DNA of 44,746 nucleotides, taken from a virus. The notes beneath the pieces were generated by a model. That model was not told the DNA's origin and did not search any database. It was given only the letters and a program-made list of their open reading frames with translations. The position numbers and the translations under genes were made by a program. The stretch covers positions 1 to 44,746 of the IMG/VR virus record IMGVR_UViG_3300045988_129544. One strand, 5' to 3'. Each line of letters begins with the position of its first letter. The first letter of the stretch is position 1. Of the stretch, positions 1-9,419 are shown one piece after another.

Positions 1-119
1 ATGTAATCGAACCGCCTGAAGATATTAATGCGCAGGATGCAGCGCCGGAAGAAGATGTTGAGGGTGAATGTGCTCCCAACGCCAAAGAGGCACGTGACGC
101 AGCTATGGCTTTAATCAAA
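1..119. repeat. Terminal direct repeat: nt 1-119 are identical to nt 44628-44746 (circular-assembly overlap; unique genome length 44,627 bp)
   Basis: Read directly: both copies start ATGTAATCGAACCGCCTGAAGATATTAATGCG and end GCTATGGCTTTAATCAAA. Confidence 0.97.
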
Positions 120-347
120 AATCTGAAACCTGCTGTCGCAGCCATCCCTAATGAGGCTCAGCGCAAACGTGCGGCTGACTCTCTGGCTATCCTCATCAAA
201 GGCTCTATGCAGCAGGATGCTCAATATGGCGAGTTGATGCAGATGCGTCGCCGTTCTGCTGCGCAAGACAGCAAACCTGCAGCTGATGATTACGATCTGG
301 GCCGTGAGATTGCAAAAAAATACAATCCCCACTATAAAAATCGCTAA
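1..347 (+). CDS. 3' end of the wrap-around DUF2213-like/scaffold ORF (continues from 43706..44746; unique continuation is 120..347)
   Basis: The frame is open from nt 1. It is in phase with 43706/44258 once the 119-nt overlap is removed. Stop TAA at 345-347. The sequence is Ala/Pro/Glu-rich and scaffold-like. Confidence 0.8.
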   Translation, partial: VIEPPEDINAQDAAPEEDVEGECAPNAKEARDAAMALIKNLKPAVAAIPNEAQRKRAADSLAILIKGSMQQDAQYGELMQMRRRSAAQDSKPAADDYDLGREIAKKYNPHYKNR

Positions 348-359
348 GGAGGCAAAACT

Positions 360-875
360 ATGAGTGGTAAAGCAATTGGTATCTCTATGAATTTTGGCTA
401 TCCCGGTAACTACGCCCGCACTCCGGACGATATCGTGGCTAGCCGTCTGTTAAACGAGAAAAGCGAAGCTATCCCGTTTGGTGCCGCTGTCTGCATTAAA
501 GACGATAATACTTACACTGCTGTTGGTGCTGCAACTACTGCTGCTGATGTGTGTGGCATTGCACTGCGTGTTGTTAAGCAGGCCATTAGCTATAGCGAGC
601 AAAATTACACCGAATATCAGCCTGGTGCTTATATGTCTGTGTTGGAACGTGGCGCTGCGACCGTCGTATGCAATGTTGGCACTCCTAAGGCCAATGGCAA
701 AGTGTATGTGCGCATCAAAGCTAATCCTTCTGTCGCTAATGGTGTAGTTGGTGGGTTTGAAGCTGCAGCTGATGGTGACAACACTATCGAGATTCCAAAC
801 ATGCGCTGGACTTCTGGCGCTATGGATGCAAATCGTGTATGCGAAGTAACCTTGTTGACTCGCGTAGCTGCGTAA
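360..875 (+). CDS. capsid-associated structural protein (decoration-like), function not assigned
   Basis: 171-aa ORF with an AAGGAGG SD upstream, located between the scaffold-like ORF and the major capsid gene. Confidence 0.6.
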   Translation: MSGKAIGISMNFGYPGNYARTPDDIVASRLLNEKSEAIPFGAAVCIKDDNTYTAVGAATTAADVCGIALRVVKQAISYSEQNYTEYQPGAYMSVLERGAATVVCNVGTPKANGKVYVRIKANPSVANGVVGGFEAAADGDNTIEIPNMRWTSGAMDANRVCEVTLLTRVAA

Positions 876-896
876 TTTTAAGGAGGTATAAACAAT

Positions 897-1940
897 ATGG
901 CACAATTAAGCTTTTTACAGGCTGATGCCGGTATGCGCAATTTAGGCAACTACGCTATGAAGCGTGGCGGTCTGAAAGCATTCCGCGGTAACGTATGGGA
1001 TACTGCAGTAAGCTCCGGTATGGCTTATCTGACTGGCGAACTGGAAAAAATGGATCCAAAGGTGCGCGAACCGCTGACCAGTGTGACCTGGCAGCGCGAT
1101 ATCGTTGCTAAGACCGGCGGTGGCTGGGTGGAATACACCAGCACCTTTGATGTCGATTATGCAACTTCCGGCGCTAACGGTAACAGCATCACTGCTCCTG
1201 GTGCGACTACTATCCCGGTAATGCAGGTTAACACCGGCAAAAACCTGTACAAGGTTAACACCTGGATGCATGCTATGCAGATTCAATTTATCGACCAGGC
1301 TAAGCTGAAACAAATCGGTCGTAACCTGGAAGACCTGCTTGATAAGGGCATCAAATTGAATTACAACAAGACTTTGGACCTGAACACCTATAAGGGCTTT
1401 AAGGAAGCGGGTACTACCGGCTTGCTGAATGATGCGCAGGTTGCAGTGCATTCTGTTGGAAATGGCGCAAGCGGTAAGCCTGCGTGGAACACCAAAACTG
1501 CAGACGAAATCCTGCATGACATCAACAATGCACTGGTTGACTCCTGGACTGCATCTGAGTATGACCTTAAGGGCATGCCGAACCATATCCTGATCCCGCC
1601 TAAGCAATACGCGTACATCACCATGCAGAAGGTTTCCGACGCTGGCAACGTGTCCATCATGGAGTACCTGCTGCAAAATAATATTGCTAAAAAGCAGGGC
1701 GGCGATATCACTATCGAGCCTTGCCGTTGGTGCATCGGTGCAGGCAGCGCCAGCAAAGACCGCATGATGGTCTATGTCAACGATGAGGATATGGTCAACT
1801 TCGATTTGACTGTACCTATTACTCGCGCCTTCACTCAGCCGTCTGCTGAGCGCGCTGCTTATTTGACTCTGTACGCAGCTCAAATCGGCCAGGTTAAGTT
1901 TAATTACTATCAGCCTGCAGGTTATTACGACGGCATCTAA
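897..1940 (+). CDS. major capsid protein (resembles the DUF2184-type capsid family, by recall)
   Basis: 347 aa with an AAGGAGG SD. It follows the scaffold/decoration genes and is followed by a strong terminator. Confidence 0.8.
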   Translation: MAQLSFLQADAGMRNLGNYAMKRGGLKAFRGNVWDTAVSSGMAYLTGELEKMDPKVREPLTSVTWQRDIVAKTGGGWVEYTSTFDVDYATSGANGNSITAPGATTIPVMQVNTGKNLYKVNTWMHAMQIQFIDQAKLKQIGRNLEDLLDKGIKLNYNKTLDLNTYKGFKEAGTTGLLNDAQVAVHSVGNGASGKPAWNTKTADEILHDINNALVDSWTASEYDLKGMPNHILIPPKQYAYITMQKVSDAGNVSIMEYLLQNNIAKKQGGDITIEPCRWCIGAGSASKDRMMVYVNDEDMVNFDLTVPITRAFTQPSAERAAYLTLYAAQIGQVKFNYYQPAGYYDGI

Positions 1941-1954
1941 TTTTAAATTGTTTT

Positions 1955-1983
1955 AGCCAGACGCTTTGTTCGTCTGGCTTTTC
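1955..1983 (+). terminator. intrinsic terminator after the capsid gene
   Basis: AGCCAGACG-ctttgtt-CGTCTGGCT followed by TTTT. Confidence 0.8.
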
Positions 1984-2003
1984 GTATTATAGGAGGTACT
2001 ATA

Positions 2004-2255
2004 GTGATTATTTTAACCAGAAAAGTATTTTGCTTTGTAAAGCAAGACTCTGTCGACCGTGAAGAAGCTATCAGATTTACTACCAAAGGCGGTCTGGAAA
2101 TTGAAGATGCTCCTGAATGGATTAAAAACGATCCCCTTTATGCTTGGGGCCTGGAAGATGGTGACATCGTGGAGGTAAATGGTAAAACTCCGAAGGCTGA
2201 GGCAGAAGCTGTTGCCAAAGCCAAGCAAAGCAAAGCGGAGGATAAACGCGAATAA
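2004..2255 (+). CDS. hypothetical protein (head module)
   Basis: 83-aa ORF with a GTG start 7 nt after AGGAGG. Confidence 0.55.
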   Translation: MIILTRKVFCFVKQDSVDREEAIRFTTKGGLEIEDAPEWIKNDPLYAWGLEDGDIVEVNGKTPKAEAEAVAKAKQSKAEDKRE

Positions 2256-2266
2256 GGAGGTGCGTT

Positions 2267-2722
2267 ATGTACCATCCGTTGATTGCGCAGGCGAGCAATA
2301 TCAAAACGCAGGAAAATCCTTCTTACACCAAGGAGGACTTCTTGGCATTCTATCCACAGTTTGCTGAGCCGCTGCCGGAAATAGTGCTGGACAGCTTTGT
2401 AGAGCTTGGTCAGGCGTGTGTAAGCGAGCAGCGCTATGGCAAGATGTGGAGGATGGCCATCGGACTATTCATCGCCCATATGTGCACCCTTTACATGCAG
2501 TCTGCTGCAGACCCGGGGGCACCTGCTGCTGATATCCTTGCCGCAGCTCAGGCCGCTGGTGTTGTTACGAGTGAGTCTGCTGATGGTGTGTCCTATTCTA
2601 TGGATACGTCAGCGCTGTCGCAGGACCTTGCAGGTTGGGCGGCGTTCCGGTTGACCGCGTTTGGCGTGCAGTTTGCCACTCTGGCACGTTTTGCGGGCAA
2701 GGGAGGGATGTATGTATGGTAA
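2267..2722 (+). CDS. head-tail connector protein, DUF4054-like
   Basis: 151 aa with an AAGGAGG SD. The N-terminal FLAFYPQF-type motif is recalled from DUF4054. Position is after the capsid gene. Confidence 0.6.
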   Translation: MYHPLIAQASNIKTQENPSYTKEDFLAFYPQFAEPLPEIVLDSFVELGQACVSEQRYGKMWRMAIGLFIAHMCTLYMQSAADPGAPAADILAAAQAAGVVTSESADGVSYSMDTSALSQDLAGWAAFRLTAFGVQFATLARFAGKGGMYVW

Positions 2723-3312
2723 GCATAAATACATCGCACAGAACGGTCAGCGGCGGGCTACAGGGCCTTATGGACAGAGTGCAAGCTCTGAACCGTGTTA
2801 ATAAGCTATATGTGGGTATCCCGCAGGAGAAAACTTCTCGTGGCGATGAGCCTATAAATAATGCGAGCTTGCTGTACATCCATACTCATGGAATCCGGCG
2901 TAGGTCCATGCGTGAGGAAATGCAGGGCTATATGGATCAGGGTATGAAGTACAGCTTGGCTTATCAGTTGTATGTCCAAACACATGGCTCGCCGCTTTGG
3001 CATGCACCGCCACGTCCTGTTATTGAACCGGCCATCGCCAAGCACCACCGTGAGATTGCAGAAGAATACGCTAAGGCTGTAAAGGCTGCTATGACTGGCG
3101 ATGGGGCGAGGGCTGATGCTCTTATCAAACGCACGGGCCTGCTGGCGCAGAACATCTGCCGTAAATGGTTTACGGACGCAGAGAATGGCTGGCCGCCTAA
3201 CTCCCCGAAAACCATAGATAAAAAGACCAAAGGCAAGGGCGGCAAAACTAATCCGCTGATTGATACCGGTGCCTTGCGTAAGGCTATTGTTTATGTGGTA
3301 AGGAGTGATTGA
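2716..3312 (+). CDS. head-tail joining protein, HK97 gp10-like
   Basis: ATG at 2716, 8 nt after GGGAGGG, overlapping the upstream stop. The C-terminal NPLIDTGALRKAI motif is typical of the HK97 gp10 family. Confidence 0.65.
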   Translation: MVSINTSHRTVSGGLQGLMDRVQALNRVNKLYVGIPQEKTSRGDEPINNASLLYIHTHGIRRRSMREEMQGYMDQGMKYSLAYQLYVQTHGSPLWHAPPRPVIEPAIAKHHREIAEEYAKAVKAAMTGDGARADALIKRTGLLAQNICRKWFTDAENGWPPNSPKTIDKKTKGKGGKTNPLIDTGALRKAIVYVVRSD

Positions 3313-3313
3313 C

Positions 3314-3685
3314 GTGGTTAATGTTGGCAGAGTGGTGCGCAGCAAGCGTTTAGGCTGCCAGCGCATTACTGTCAAACGCTACGCTGCGAGCTGGCACGAT
3401 GGAGCTTATGGTCGGGATGCAGACAATCCTATTGTGCTGCAGGTGGCAGCGATTGTCACCGTTGCCCAGCCTAAAGATTTGCAGTTATTGCCTGAAGGTG
3501 ACCGCGTCACCGGGGCAATGAAATTTTTGACGAACGTGGAGCTGCACGCGACCAATGGCGAAGCTATCAGCGATGAGCTGGAATGGCGCGGAGCACGTTA
3601 CAAAATCCTCACCGTTACTCCTGATATTGATTATGGCTTTTACCGCTCTATTGGGACGCGATTGGACGGTGATGGAGTTGGTTAA
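3314..3685 (+). CDS. head-tail/neck protein (hypothetical)
   Basis: ORF in the connector block. GTG at 3314 lies 8 nt after TAAGGAG; the track start at 3305 lies inside the SD. Confidence 0.55.
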   Translation: MVNVGRVVRSKRLGCQRITVKRYAASWHDGAYGRDADNPIVLQVAAIVTVAQPKDLQLLPEGDRVTGAMKFLTNVELHATNGEAISDELEWRGARYKILTVTPDIDYGFYRSIGTRLDGDGVG

Positions 3686-4256
3686 AAATATTGCTGAATT
3701 TGAATCTTTAATGTGGGCAGAGTTGATGGACATCCTCGGGCATGATGCTAAGACAATACCGCCGCCTGTACGCCGTTCCTGGCCAACGGACGGAGGCCCC
3801 GACTGGAAGATTACAGACAACGTGGTCTTTATGCAGTGCACCGAGGCAGCAGAAGACATCATGCAGCCGATTGATGAGCGTTGGCAGTCTGAAGGACGCG
3901 ATTTTTTGCGTGAGAGTGCAAGCACGCGTACCATCCAGCTACGCCTGAATGCTTACGGACCTGCCTGCTATGAATCGCTTTTGCAAATTCGCCTTGAGCT
4001 GCTGCGTGGTCGTCCGAAGCTCAAAAAACAAAAAATCTATATTATTCCTGGCAAGGATTCCATCCAATATGCGCCTGAACTATTTCAGGGGCGTTGGTGG
4101 AAGCGCGCCGATTTGACTTTATATTTTAATGTACTAATCAGCATTAAATCTATCGTGAAAGCGATTGAAGAAGTCAACGTTACGATTAAAGCAAACGAGC
4201 CTGGTACGAGTGATGTTATCCTTGAGCCAGGCGAAATTATTATTAAGAAAGGGTGA
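3672..4256 (+). CDS. neck/tail-terminator-like protein (hypothetical)
   Basis: 194-aa ORF starting at ATG 3672 (MELVKNIAEF), overlapping the upstream gene by 14 nt, immediately before the sheath gene. Confidence 0.55.
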   Translation: MELVKNIAEFESLMWAELMDILGHDAKTIPPPVRRSWPTDGGPDWKITDNVVFMQCTEAAEDIMQPIDERWQSEGRDFLRESASTRTIQLRLNAYGPACYESLLQIRLELLRGRPKLKKQKIYIIPGKDSIQYAPELFQGRWWKRADLTLYFNVLISIKSIVKAIEEVNVTIKANEPGTSDVILEPGEIIIKKG

Positions 4257-4261
4257 TTTAG

Positions 4262-5404
4262 TTGGCTTATAAATTGGACTTATCTCCGATTGTCGACGTG
4301 GTTATCAACCTGTCTGCTAAGGCTGCTGCTCGCAAGGGCTTTAACCTTGGCCTGATTATTGGCAAGTCTGAGGTTATTCCGGCGAATGAAAGGGTGCGTA
4401 TTTATACCAGTGCATCTCAAATGCTGACTGACGGTTTTGCGGAAACGTCTGCAGAATATAAGGCTGCTCAGCTCTATTTTGCTGCTACGACCAGCCCGCG
4501 CAAGCTGGCGGTAGGCGTAAAGCTGGTAGAAGACGAGAATTTAACTGCTACGCTGGAGGCTTGCCGTGCTGCTAACTCTCAGTGGTGGCCGTTTAGCTAT
4601 CTGGGGGCTGAGGACGTTGACATTAAAGACTGCGCTGCTTGGTGCGAGAGCGCTGTACCTGACAGCGTCTACATGTATACGACTGCTGATAAAAGCGTAC
4701 TTGACGCATCTGGCGATGCAAAGAGCATTTTTAAGGCTTTGCAGGATAAAAATTACCGTCGCAGCTTTGGTCAGTATTGTGGTGACACGGATACTCCTGA
4801 TGCTGTTGCAGCTACTATGGGCTACGCGATGGGCGCTAACCGTGGTCTTGCCGGTGATGCGTTTACGCTGGCGTATAAAACTCTGCCCGGCGTAAATACA
4901 GATGACCTGTCTGAATCTCAGGTAACCCATGTGTGTGGCAGCTCTGAATCTACAGGTCATAACGGTAATGTATATATTACTCGTGGCGAGGAATACGATG
5001 TTTTGCAGCAGGGCTATATGGCTGATGGCACGAGCTTTGATGAAGTGCTGTATCTTGATATGCTGCGTAATGACATTACTCTTAATGTCATGGACCTGCT
5101 GTATCAGCGCCGCAAATTGCCGCAGACTGAAGCTGGCGTTACCAGCATTATTAATGTTATCAATGATGCTTGCCGTAAGTATGTAAAGTTAGGCTTTATC
5201 GCTCCGGGCAAGTGGAACGGTGCCGAGTGCCTGAATCTGCAGACAGGTGATTACCTGCCTGATGGCTATCTGGTGCAGAGCGAGCCTCTTGACGAGCAGT
5301 CTCAGGCTGACCGTGATAAACGCAAGGCTCCACCGATTTATGTATGTTGCAAGCTGGCTGGTGCAATCGAATTTGTTACCATCCAGGTTAATGTTAACCG
5401 CTGA
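4262..5404 (+). CDS. tail sheath protein (DUF3383-like)
   Basis: 380 aa, TTG start. Position is before the tube, chaperone and tape-measure genes. The N-terminus resembles DUF3383 sheath proteins, by recall. Confidence 0.75.
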   Translation: MAYKLDLSPIVDVVINLSAKAAARKGFNLGLIIGKSEVIPANERVRIYTSASQMLTDGFAETSAEYKAAQLYFAATTSPRKLAVGVKLVEDENLTATLEACRAANSQWWPFSYLGAEDVDIKDCAAWCESAVPDSVYMYTTADKSVLDASGDAKSIFKALQDKNYRRSFGQYCGDTDTPDAVAATMGYAMGANRGLAGDAFTLAYKTLPGVNTDDLSESQVTHVCGSSESTGHNGNVYITRGEEYDVLQQGYMADGTSFDEVLYLDMLRNDITLNVMDLLYQRRKLPQTEAGVTSIINVINDACRKYVKLGFIAPGKWNGAECLNLQTGDYLPDGYLVQSEPLDEQSQADRDKRKAPPIYVCCKLAGAIEFVTIQVNVNR

Positions 5405-5417
5405 GGAGGCTATCTGA

Positions 5418-5855
5418 ATGGAATTAACTACTTACAGTTTTGCTGATCTGGCTGGCTCTATCAACCATCCTACATTTGGCTCGTATCTCTTTGATGGTAC
5501 TGGCGTTGGCTCTGTGACAGTATCTAAGGCCACCGATCGCACTGCTCATGATATTGCTGCAGATGGCTCTGTAATGGTATCTAAGATTGCGGGCAATAAT
5601 GGCACCGTAACCATTGAATGTCAACAGACCTCTGCTATTCACAAATGGCTGAGTGCCTGGTTTAATGCGTTGTGGCAGCTGCCTACAAGTGAATGGGCAA
5701 GCACCAGCATGACGCTGCGTAATACCGCGACAGGTACACGCCATATTATCTCCGGCATCTCGCCGCAGAAGGAACCGGACACTCCCTATCAGAGCCAAGG
5801 CCAGCGAGTGTCTTGGACGCTGATGTGTGCTGAGATTACTAATCTGCCGATTTGA
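5418..5855 (+). CDS. tail tube protein (DUF3277-like)
   Basis: 145 aa with a GAGGAGG SD, directly after the sheath gene. Confidence 0.7.
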   Translation: MELTTYSFADLAGSINHPTFGSYLFDGTGVGSVTVSKATDRTAHDIAADGSVMVSKIAGNNGTVTIECQQTSAIHKWLSAWFNALWQLPTSEWASTSMTLRNTATGTRHIISGISPQKEPDTPYQSQGQRVSWTLMCAEITNLPI

Positions 5856-5872
5856 CGATGGAGGTCTGAATT

Positions 5873-6292
5873 ATGCTTAAACAAAAAACACAAGTTGTGG
5901 AGGTGGCTGGCAAATCCTACCAGCTCACTAAGATGGACGCTCGCACAGGCAGCTATGTCGCTTTTAAGGTTGCGGGCGTCCTTGCGCCGTCTGGCGGCAA
6001 AACAGCCGAGATGGCTGCTGCCCTAATGGGTATGCCACGCAAGGATTTTGACGAGCTGCAATCTTTGCTGTTGCGTACTGTTAATCGTTTGATTGATAAC
6101 GGTAATGGCCAGCAGTTGCCTGAACCTGTCTTGACAGCTAAGGGTGATTTTGTTGATGAGGCTTTGGCGTATGATGCTGCCAGCGTTATCCAGCTGACTG
6201 TTCATGCGTTGATTTTCAACGTCGGAGGTTTTTTCGCCGCAGCCGGGTTGAAGCTCCCGGCAGAATTGACGGGACAACCTACGAGCCGATGA
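5873..6292 (+). CDS. tail assembly chaperone (G-like)
   Basis: 139 aa between the tube and tape-measure genes. A slippery heptamer lies near its 3' end. Confidence 0.7.
   Translation: MLKQKTQVVEVAGKSYQLTKMDARTGSYVAFKVAGVLAPSGGKTAEMAAALMGMPRKDFDELQSLLLRTVNRLIDNGNGQQLPEPVLTAKGDFVDEALAYDAASVIQLTVHALIFNVGGFFAAAGLKLPAELTGQPTSR
6229..6235 (+). promoter_or_regulatory. -1 programmed ribosomal frameshift heptamer T_TTT_TTC
   Basis: It is in X_XXY_YYZ phase with the 5873 ORF (codons GGT TTT TTC). The -1 frame is open from 6235 to the stop at 6463-6465. GGAGG lies immediately upstream. Confidence 0.6.
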
Positions 6293-6465
6293 GTTATCCG
6301 ACGCTTGATGCTTTCGCCTTTGCTCCTGTTGTTGCAGGGCTTTGGCGGCAGCACGAGCTGAGTGATGGCACGTATGATTTTGATGATTTGCTGGACGCTC
6401 ACGAACTGTTGGCGGTCAAGGCAGAAAACGCACGGCGGATGCAGGAAGCCATGAGAAAGGAGTAG
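6289..6465 (+). CDS. tail chaperone frameshift extension (GT-like C-terminal segment; could also be translated separately via the ATGA overlap)
   Basis: 58-codon ORF below the track cutoff, in the -1 frame relative to 5873..6292. ATG 6289 overlaps TGA 6290-6292. Confidence 0.55.
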   Translation: MSYPTLDAFAFAPVVAGLWRQHELSDGTYDFDDLLDAHELLAVKAENARRMQEAMRKE

Positions 6466-6469
6466 GCTG

Positions 6470-8410
6470 ATGAGCAATATCTTAGAAGAATATCTTGTGC
6501 GCATTGGCGCGGAAGTCGACAAGGACGCTTTTGCCGGAGCTGCGCAAGCTATCAGCAAGTTGTCCGGTATGCTCGGGAAGCTGGGTACTATCCTTAAATA
6601 TGGCGGTATTTTTGTTGGGCTGGCTAAAGTTACGGAAGCTGTCATTGATAACATCAAGGCTGTGGCCAGCGCCGATTTGGAATACCAAAAGCTGGCACAG
6701 TCAATGTGGGTGACAAAGGACACAGCTAAAACCTTGAGTGTGGTCCTGAAAACCATGGGCGCGTCACAGGAAGATGTGGCATGGGTGCCGGAGCTGCGTG
6801 AGCAGTTTTTCCGCCTGCGTCAGGAGATGGCAGAGCTGTCTACTCCTGCAGATGCCGACAATCAGTTAGCCTGGATTCGTGAGATTGGGTACGACGTGCA
6901 AAGTCTGCAGCTCAAATTAAAAATGTTTAAGGAATGGGTGGTCTATTACCTTATCAAAGAGCTGCAGCCCTACATCAAAGAATTTCAGGAATTTATCCGC
7001 TGGCTCAATGATAAATTTGGCAAGAGCTTGCCTGCGCTGGCACGTAAGGTAGCCAGCGTGCTGGCGAGTGTTGTGCGTGTAGCAATGTCGCTGGTTAAGG
7101 CTCTCAAATGGGTATTTGAAGGCATTTATAATTTTATTGACGCGCTGCCAAGTAAAACAAAGGCTTTAGTAGCTGTATTTGCCGTTGTCGGTGCTGCCAT
7201 CATGGCAGGGCCGTTTGGTCTGATGATGATGGCCATCGGCACTGCACTCATCATGCTGGAGGACTTCTTTGGTTATCTTGAGGGACGCGAGAGCAGCAAT
7301 ACCTTAAAGCCGCTCTGGAAATGGCTTACTGATGAGAATAATCCATTGCGCCGCCTGCTTGAAAAGCTTAAGGAAGGCATTGCGTTTATCCTTGAGAAGC
7401 TTACAGAGCTGTTTGAGAAAGTCTTTACCGAAGAACGTCAGGAGAAGCTCAAAAAGACGGTAGCTAATATTGCTAAGGGCGTTGCTGAAATTGCCGAAGG
7501 TCTGGCCACGATTGTTGAGAGTATTTTTGGCAAAAAGTATCCTGTTGTGAAGAAATTCTGGGACTTCTTTTTGCTGGCTGTTGGCAAGGTAGTAGATAAG
7601 GTGCTCACATTGACAAATAGGATGGGACATCTTATGCAAGCCTTAGGTAAAGCTATGCAGGGCGATTTTGCTGGTGCTAAAAAAGAATTGCAGCTAGGCT
7701 CAGCGGCTGAAGGTGCAGACAGCGAACGTGCTCAATACATCCGCGACAAGCTGATGTCATTAGGTTGGTCTAAGGCTGCCGCGTCCGGTATTGTAGGCAA
7801 CTTGGTACAAGAATCCGGTTTGCGTACAGACGCTGTCGGTGATGATGGTACATCTGGTGGCATAGCTCAATGGCACAATGAACGCTGGGATGCGCTCAAA
7901 CGCTATGCTGCTGCTCGTGGCAAGGAATGGACCGACCTTGATACTCAAATTGCCTATCTTGACCATGAACTGCGCACGAACGAGAGTGAAGCAGGCGACA
8001 AATTGCGTAATGTAGAAGATGCTGCCGAAGGTGCGAGTGTGTTTATGTATGAGTTTGAGCGTCCTGACATTTTTTCTGCGAACGAGGACGACCGTGCTGC
8101 CAACGCTATGGTTATCTATAACAAAGATAAAGAATCTGCCGAAAACGCTGCTCATGGTGACGGCGGGTATAACAGCCTTGTTGCTCCTACGAGCTATGCT
8201 GCAGGTTTTGCTGCTGGTGGTACTGCCGGCCTTATGCCAATGAGCAATAACACGGCGACCTATAACGGCGGAGTTGTAAACGTTGGCGGCATTGTGGTTA
8301 ATTGTGGGAACGTAAGCGATCCGCAGGGCGTGGCTAAGGCTGTGGAAGGAACAATGGAAGATTTTGCCCAGCGTCTTGCAGCGCATAACGGAGGGACGGT
8401 GTTTGTATGA
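6470..8410 (+). CDS. tape measure protein with C-terminal lysozyme-like (phage tail lysozyme) domain
   Basis: 646 aa, helical and hydrophobic in the central part. The segment GIVGNLVQESGLRTDAVGDDGTSGGIAQWHNERW matches the tail-lysozyme motif, by recall. Confidence 0.85.
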   Translation: MSNILEEYLVRIGAEVDKDAFAGAAQAISKLSGMLGKLGTILKYGGIFVGLAKVTEAVIDNIKAVASADLEYQKLAQSMWVTKDTAKTLSVVLKTMGASQEDVAWVPELREQFFRLRQEMAELSTPADADNQLAWIREIGYDVQSLQLKLKMFKEWVVYYLIKELQPYIKEFQEFIRWLNDKFGKSLPALARKVASVLASVVRVAMSLVKALKWVFEGIYNFIDALPSKTKALVAVFAVVGAAIMAGPFGLMMMAIGTALIMLEDFFGYLEGRESSNTLKPLWKWLTDENNPLRRLLEKLKEGIAFILEKLTELFEKVFTEERQEKLKKTVANIAKGVAEIAEGLATIVESIFGKKYPVVKKFWDFFLLAVGKVVDKVLTLTNRMGHLMQALGKAMQGDFAGAKKELQLGSAAEGADSERAQYIRDKLMSLGWSKAAASGIVGNLVQESGLRTDAVGDDGTSGGIAQWHNERWDALKRYAAARGKEWTDLDTQIAYLDHELRTNESEAGDKLRNVEDAAEGASVFMYEFERPDIFSANEDDRAANAMVIYNKDKESAENAAHGDGGYNSLVAPTSYAAGFAAGGTAGLMPMSNNTATYNGGVVNVGGIVVNCGNVSDPQGVAKAVEGTMEDFAQRLAAHNGGTVFV

Positions 8411-9090
8411 GCTTAATGGGTACAATGAACACTTTAAATGGTATCTGGGGCGCTAATAATCTGGTTGCTAAGCTCACGGGCAATAAATCATTTAAGACTA
8501 ATGATGGTTATAGTCCATCTGTTTGGGGCAGTGGGCTAGGAGCACAACAGGTGCTTATGGTTAAAACGAACATTGGCGGCTATTTTTTTGACGCTGTTTT
8601 TAGCGTTGATACTGAACATAGCCTGACGGTTACCCAGCATCCTGTGCAGACTGGCGCAAATATCAGTGATCATGCTTTTGTGAATCCTATCCGTATGACG
8701 ATGCAGATTGGCGTATCTGATGCCATGGCTTATCGTCCTGGTGCTGATTATGGTGGTGATGGCGGCACAAAATCTGTACAGGCCTATCGCTTACTCTGCA
8801 AGCTGCAGGAACTGCGTATACCCATGCAGGTTGTTACGCGTCTGAACACGTACCAGAATATGCTTATTGAGAGCATTGATGTGAGCGATGATGTGTCGAC
8901 GCTATGCGCGCTCAAAGCTACTGTGAATCTTGTGCAGGTGTTGGTGGTTAATGTTGGCACAGAGAAAGTATCAGCGCGTCAGTGGACTACAGGCGCGCAG
9001 CGCAAGGCGCAGGAAGTGCAGCCTAAAGACAACAGCACGATTTTGCGCAAAATGGAAAAAGCTTCTGATCTGGAGGTGAAGTGGGGATGA
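8407..9090 (+). CDS. baseplate / tail-tube initiator-like protein
   Basis: 227 aa, ATGA-coupled to the tape-measure gene, in the position of XkdP/Mu gp43-type genes. Confidence 0.5.
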   Translation: MSLMGTMNTLNGIWGANNLVAKLTGNKSFKTNDGYSPSVWGSGLGAQQVLMVKTNIGGYFFDAVFSVDTEHSLTVTQHPVQTGANISDHAFVNPIRMTMQIGVSDAMAYRPGADYGGDGGTKSVQAYRLLCKLQELRIPMQVVTRLNTYQNMLIESIDVSDDVSTLCALKATVNLVQVLVVNVGTEKVSARQWTTGAQRKAQEVQPKDNSTILRKMEKASDLEVKWG

Positions 9091-9419
9091 GCTATTATGA
9101 AATACCATTAACTACCACGCCTTTTGACCAGAAGACTTTTAAGCTGACGCTGGATGGCGAGCGCAACATCAATATTCTGCTTAAGTTACGCTATTATGAT
9201 TTGTATGAGTTATGGGTGGCTGATGTCTGCGACAATAGCACAGGCGAAGAGTTGATTACAGGCATGCCGCTCGTTCCTGGCATTGATTTGTTAGGTCAGT
9301 ACACTTACCTGAATATTGGCAGCGCTCAAATCGTGGCTGTTGGGCCTACCACGCAGGAGCAGCCTGATAATGAGACACTAGGCTCAGCCTGGGTACTTTT
9401 ATGGGGTGATGGCTCATGA
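9087..9419 (+). CDS. small baseplate-module protein (hypothetical)
   Basis: ATG 9087 lies 8 nt after GGAGGTG. The ORF is coupled to both neighbours. Confidence 0.5.
   Translation: MSYYEIPLTTTPFDQKTFKLTLDGERNINILLKLRYYDLYELWVADVCDNSTGEELITGMPLVPGIDLLGQYTYLNIGSAQIVAVGPTTQEQPDNETLGSAWVLLWGDGS

Noticed and set aside
942-1883. 313-aa ORF on the minus strand inside the major capsid gene
   Set aside because: It is a shadow ORF antisense to a well-supported, SD-led structural gene. It has no SD and a low-complexity, Ser/Leu/Cys-rich translation. The same reasoning applies to 38473..39330(-), 12973..13662(-), 7760..8425(-), 28798..29400(-) and 31725..32375(-).
3555-3671. 5' extension of track ORF 3555..4256 (and similarly of 2635..3312)
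   Set aside because: The extensions overlap upstream connector genes out of frame. Internal ATGs at 3672 and 2716 sit at the upstream stop codons, with the usual coupling and SD pattern.
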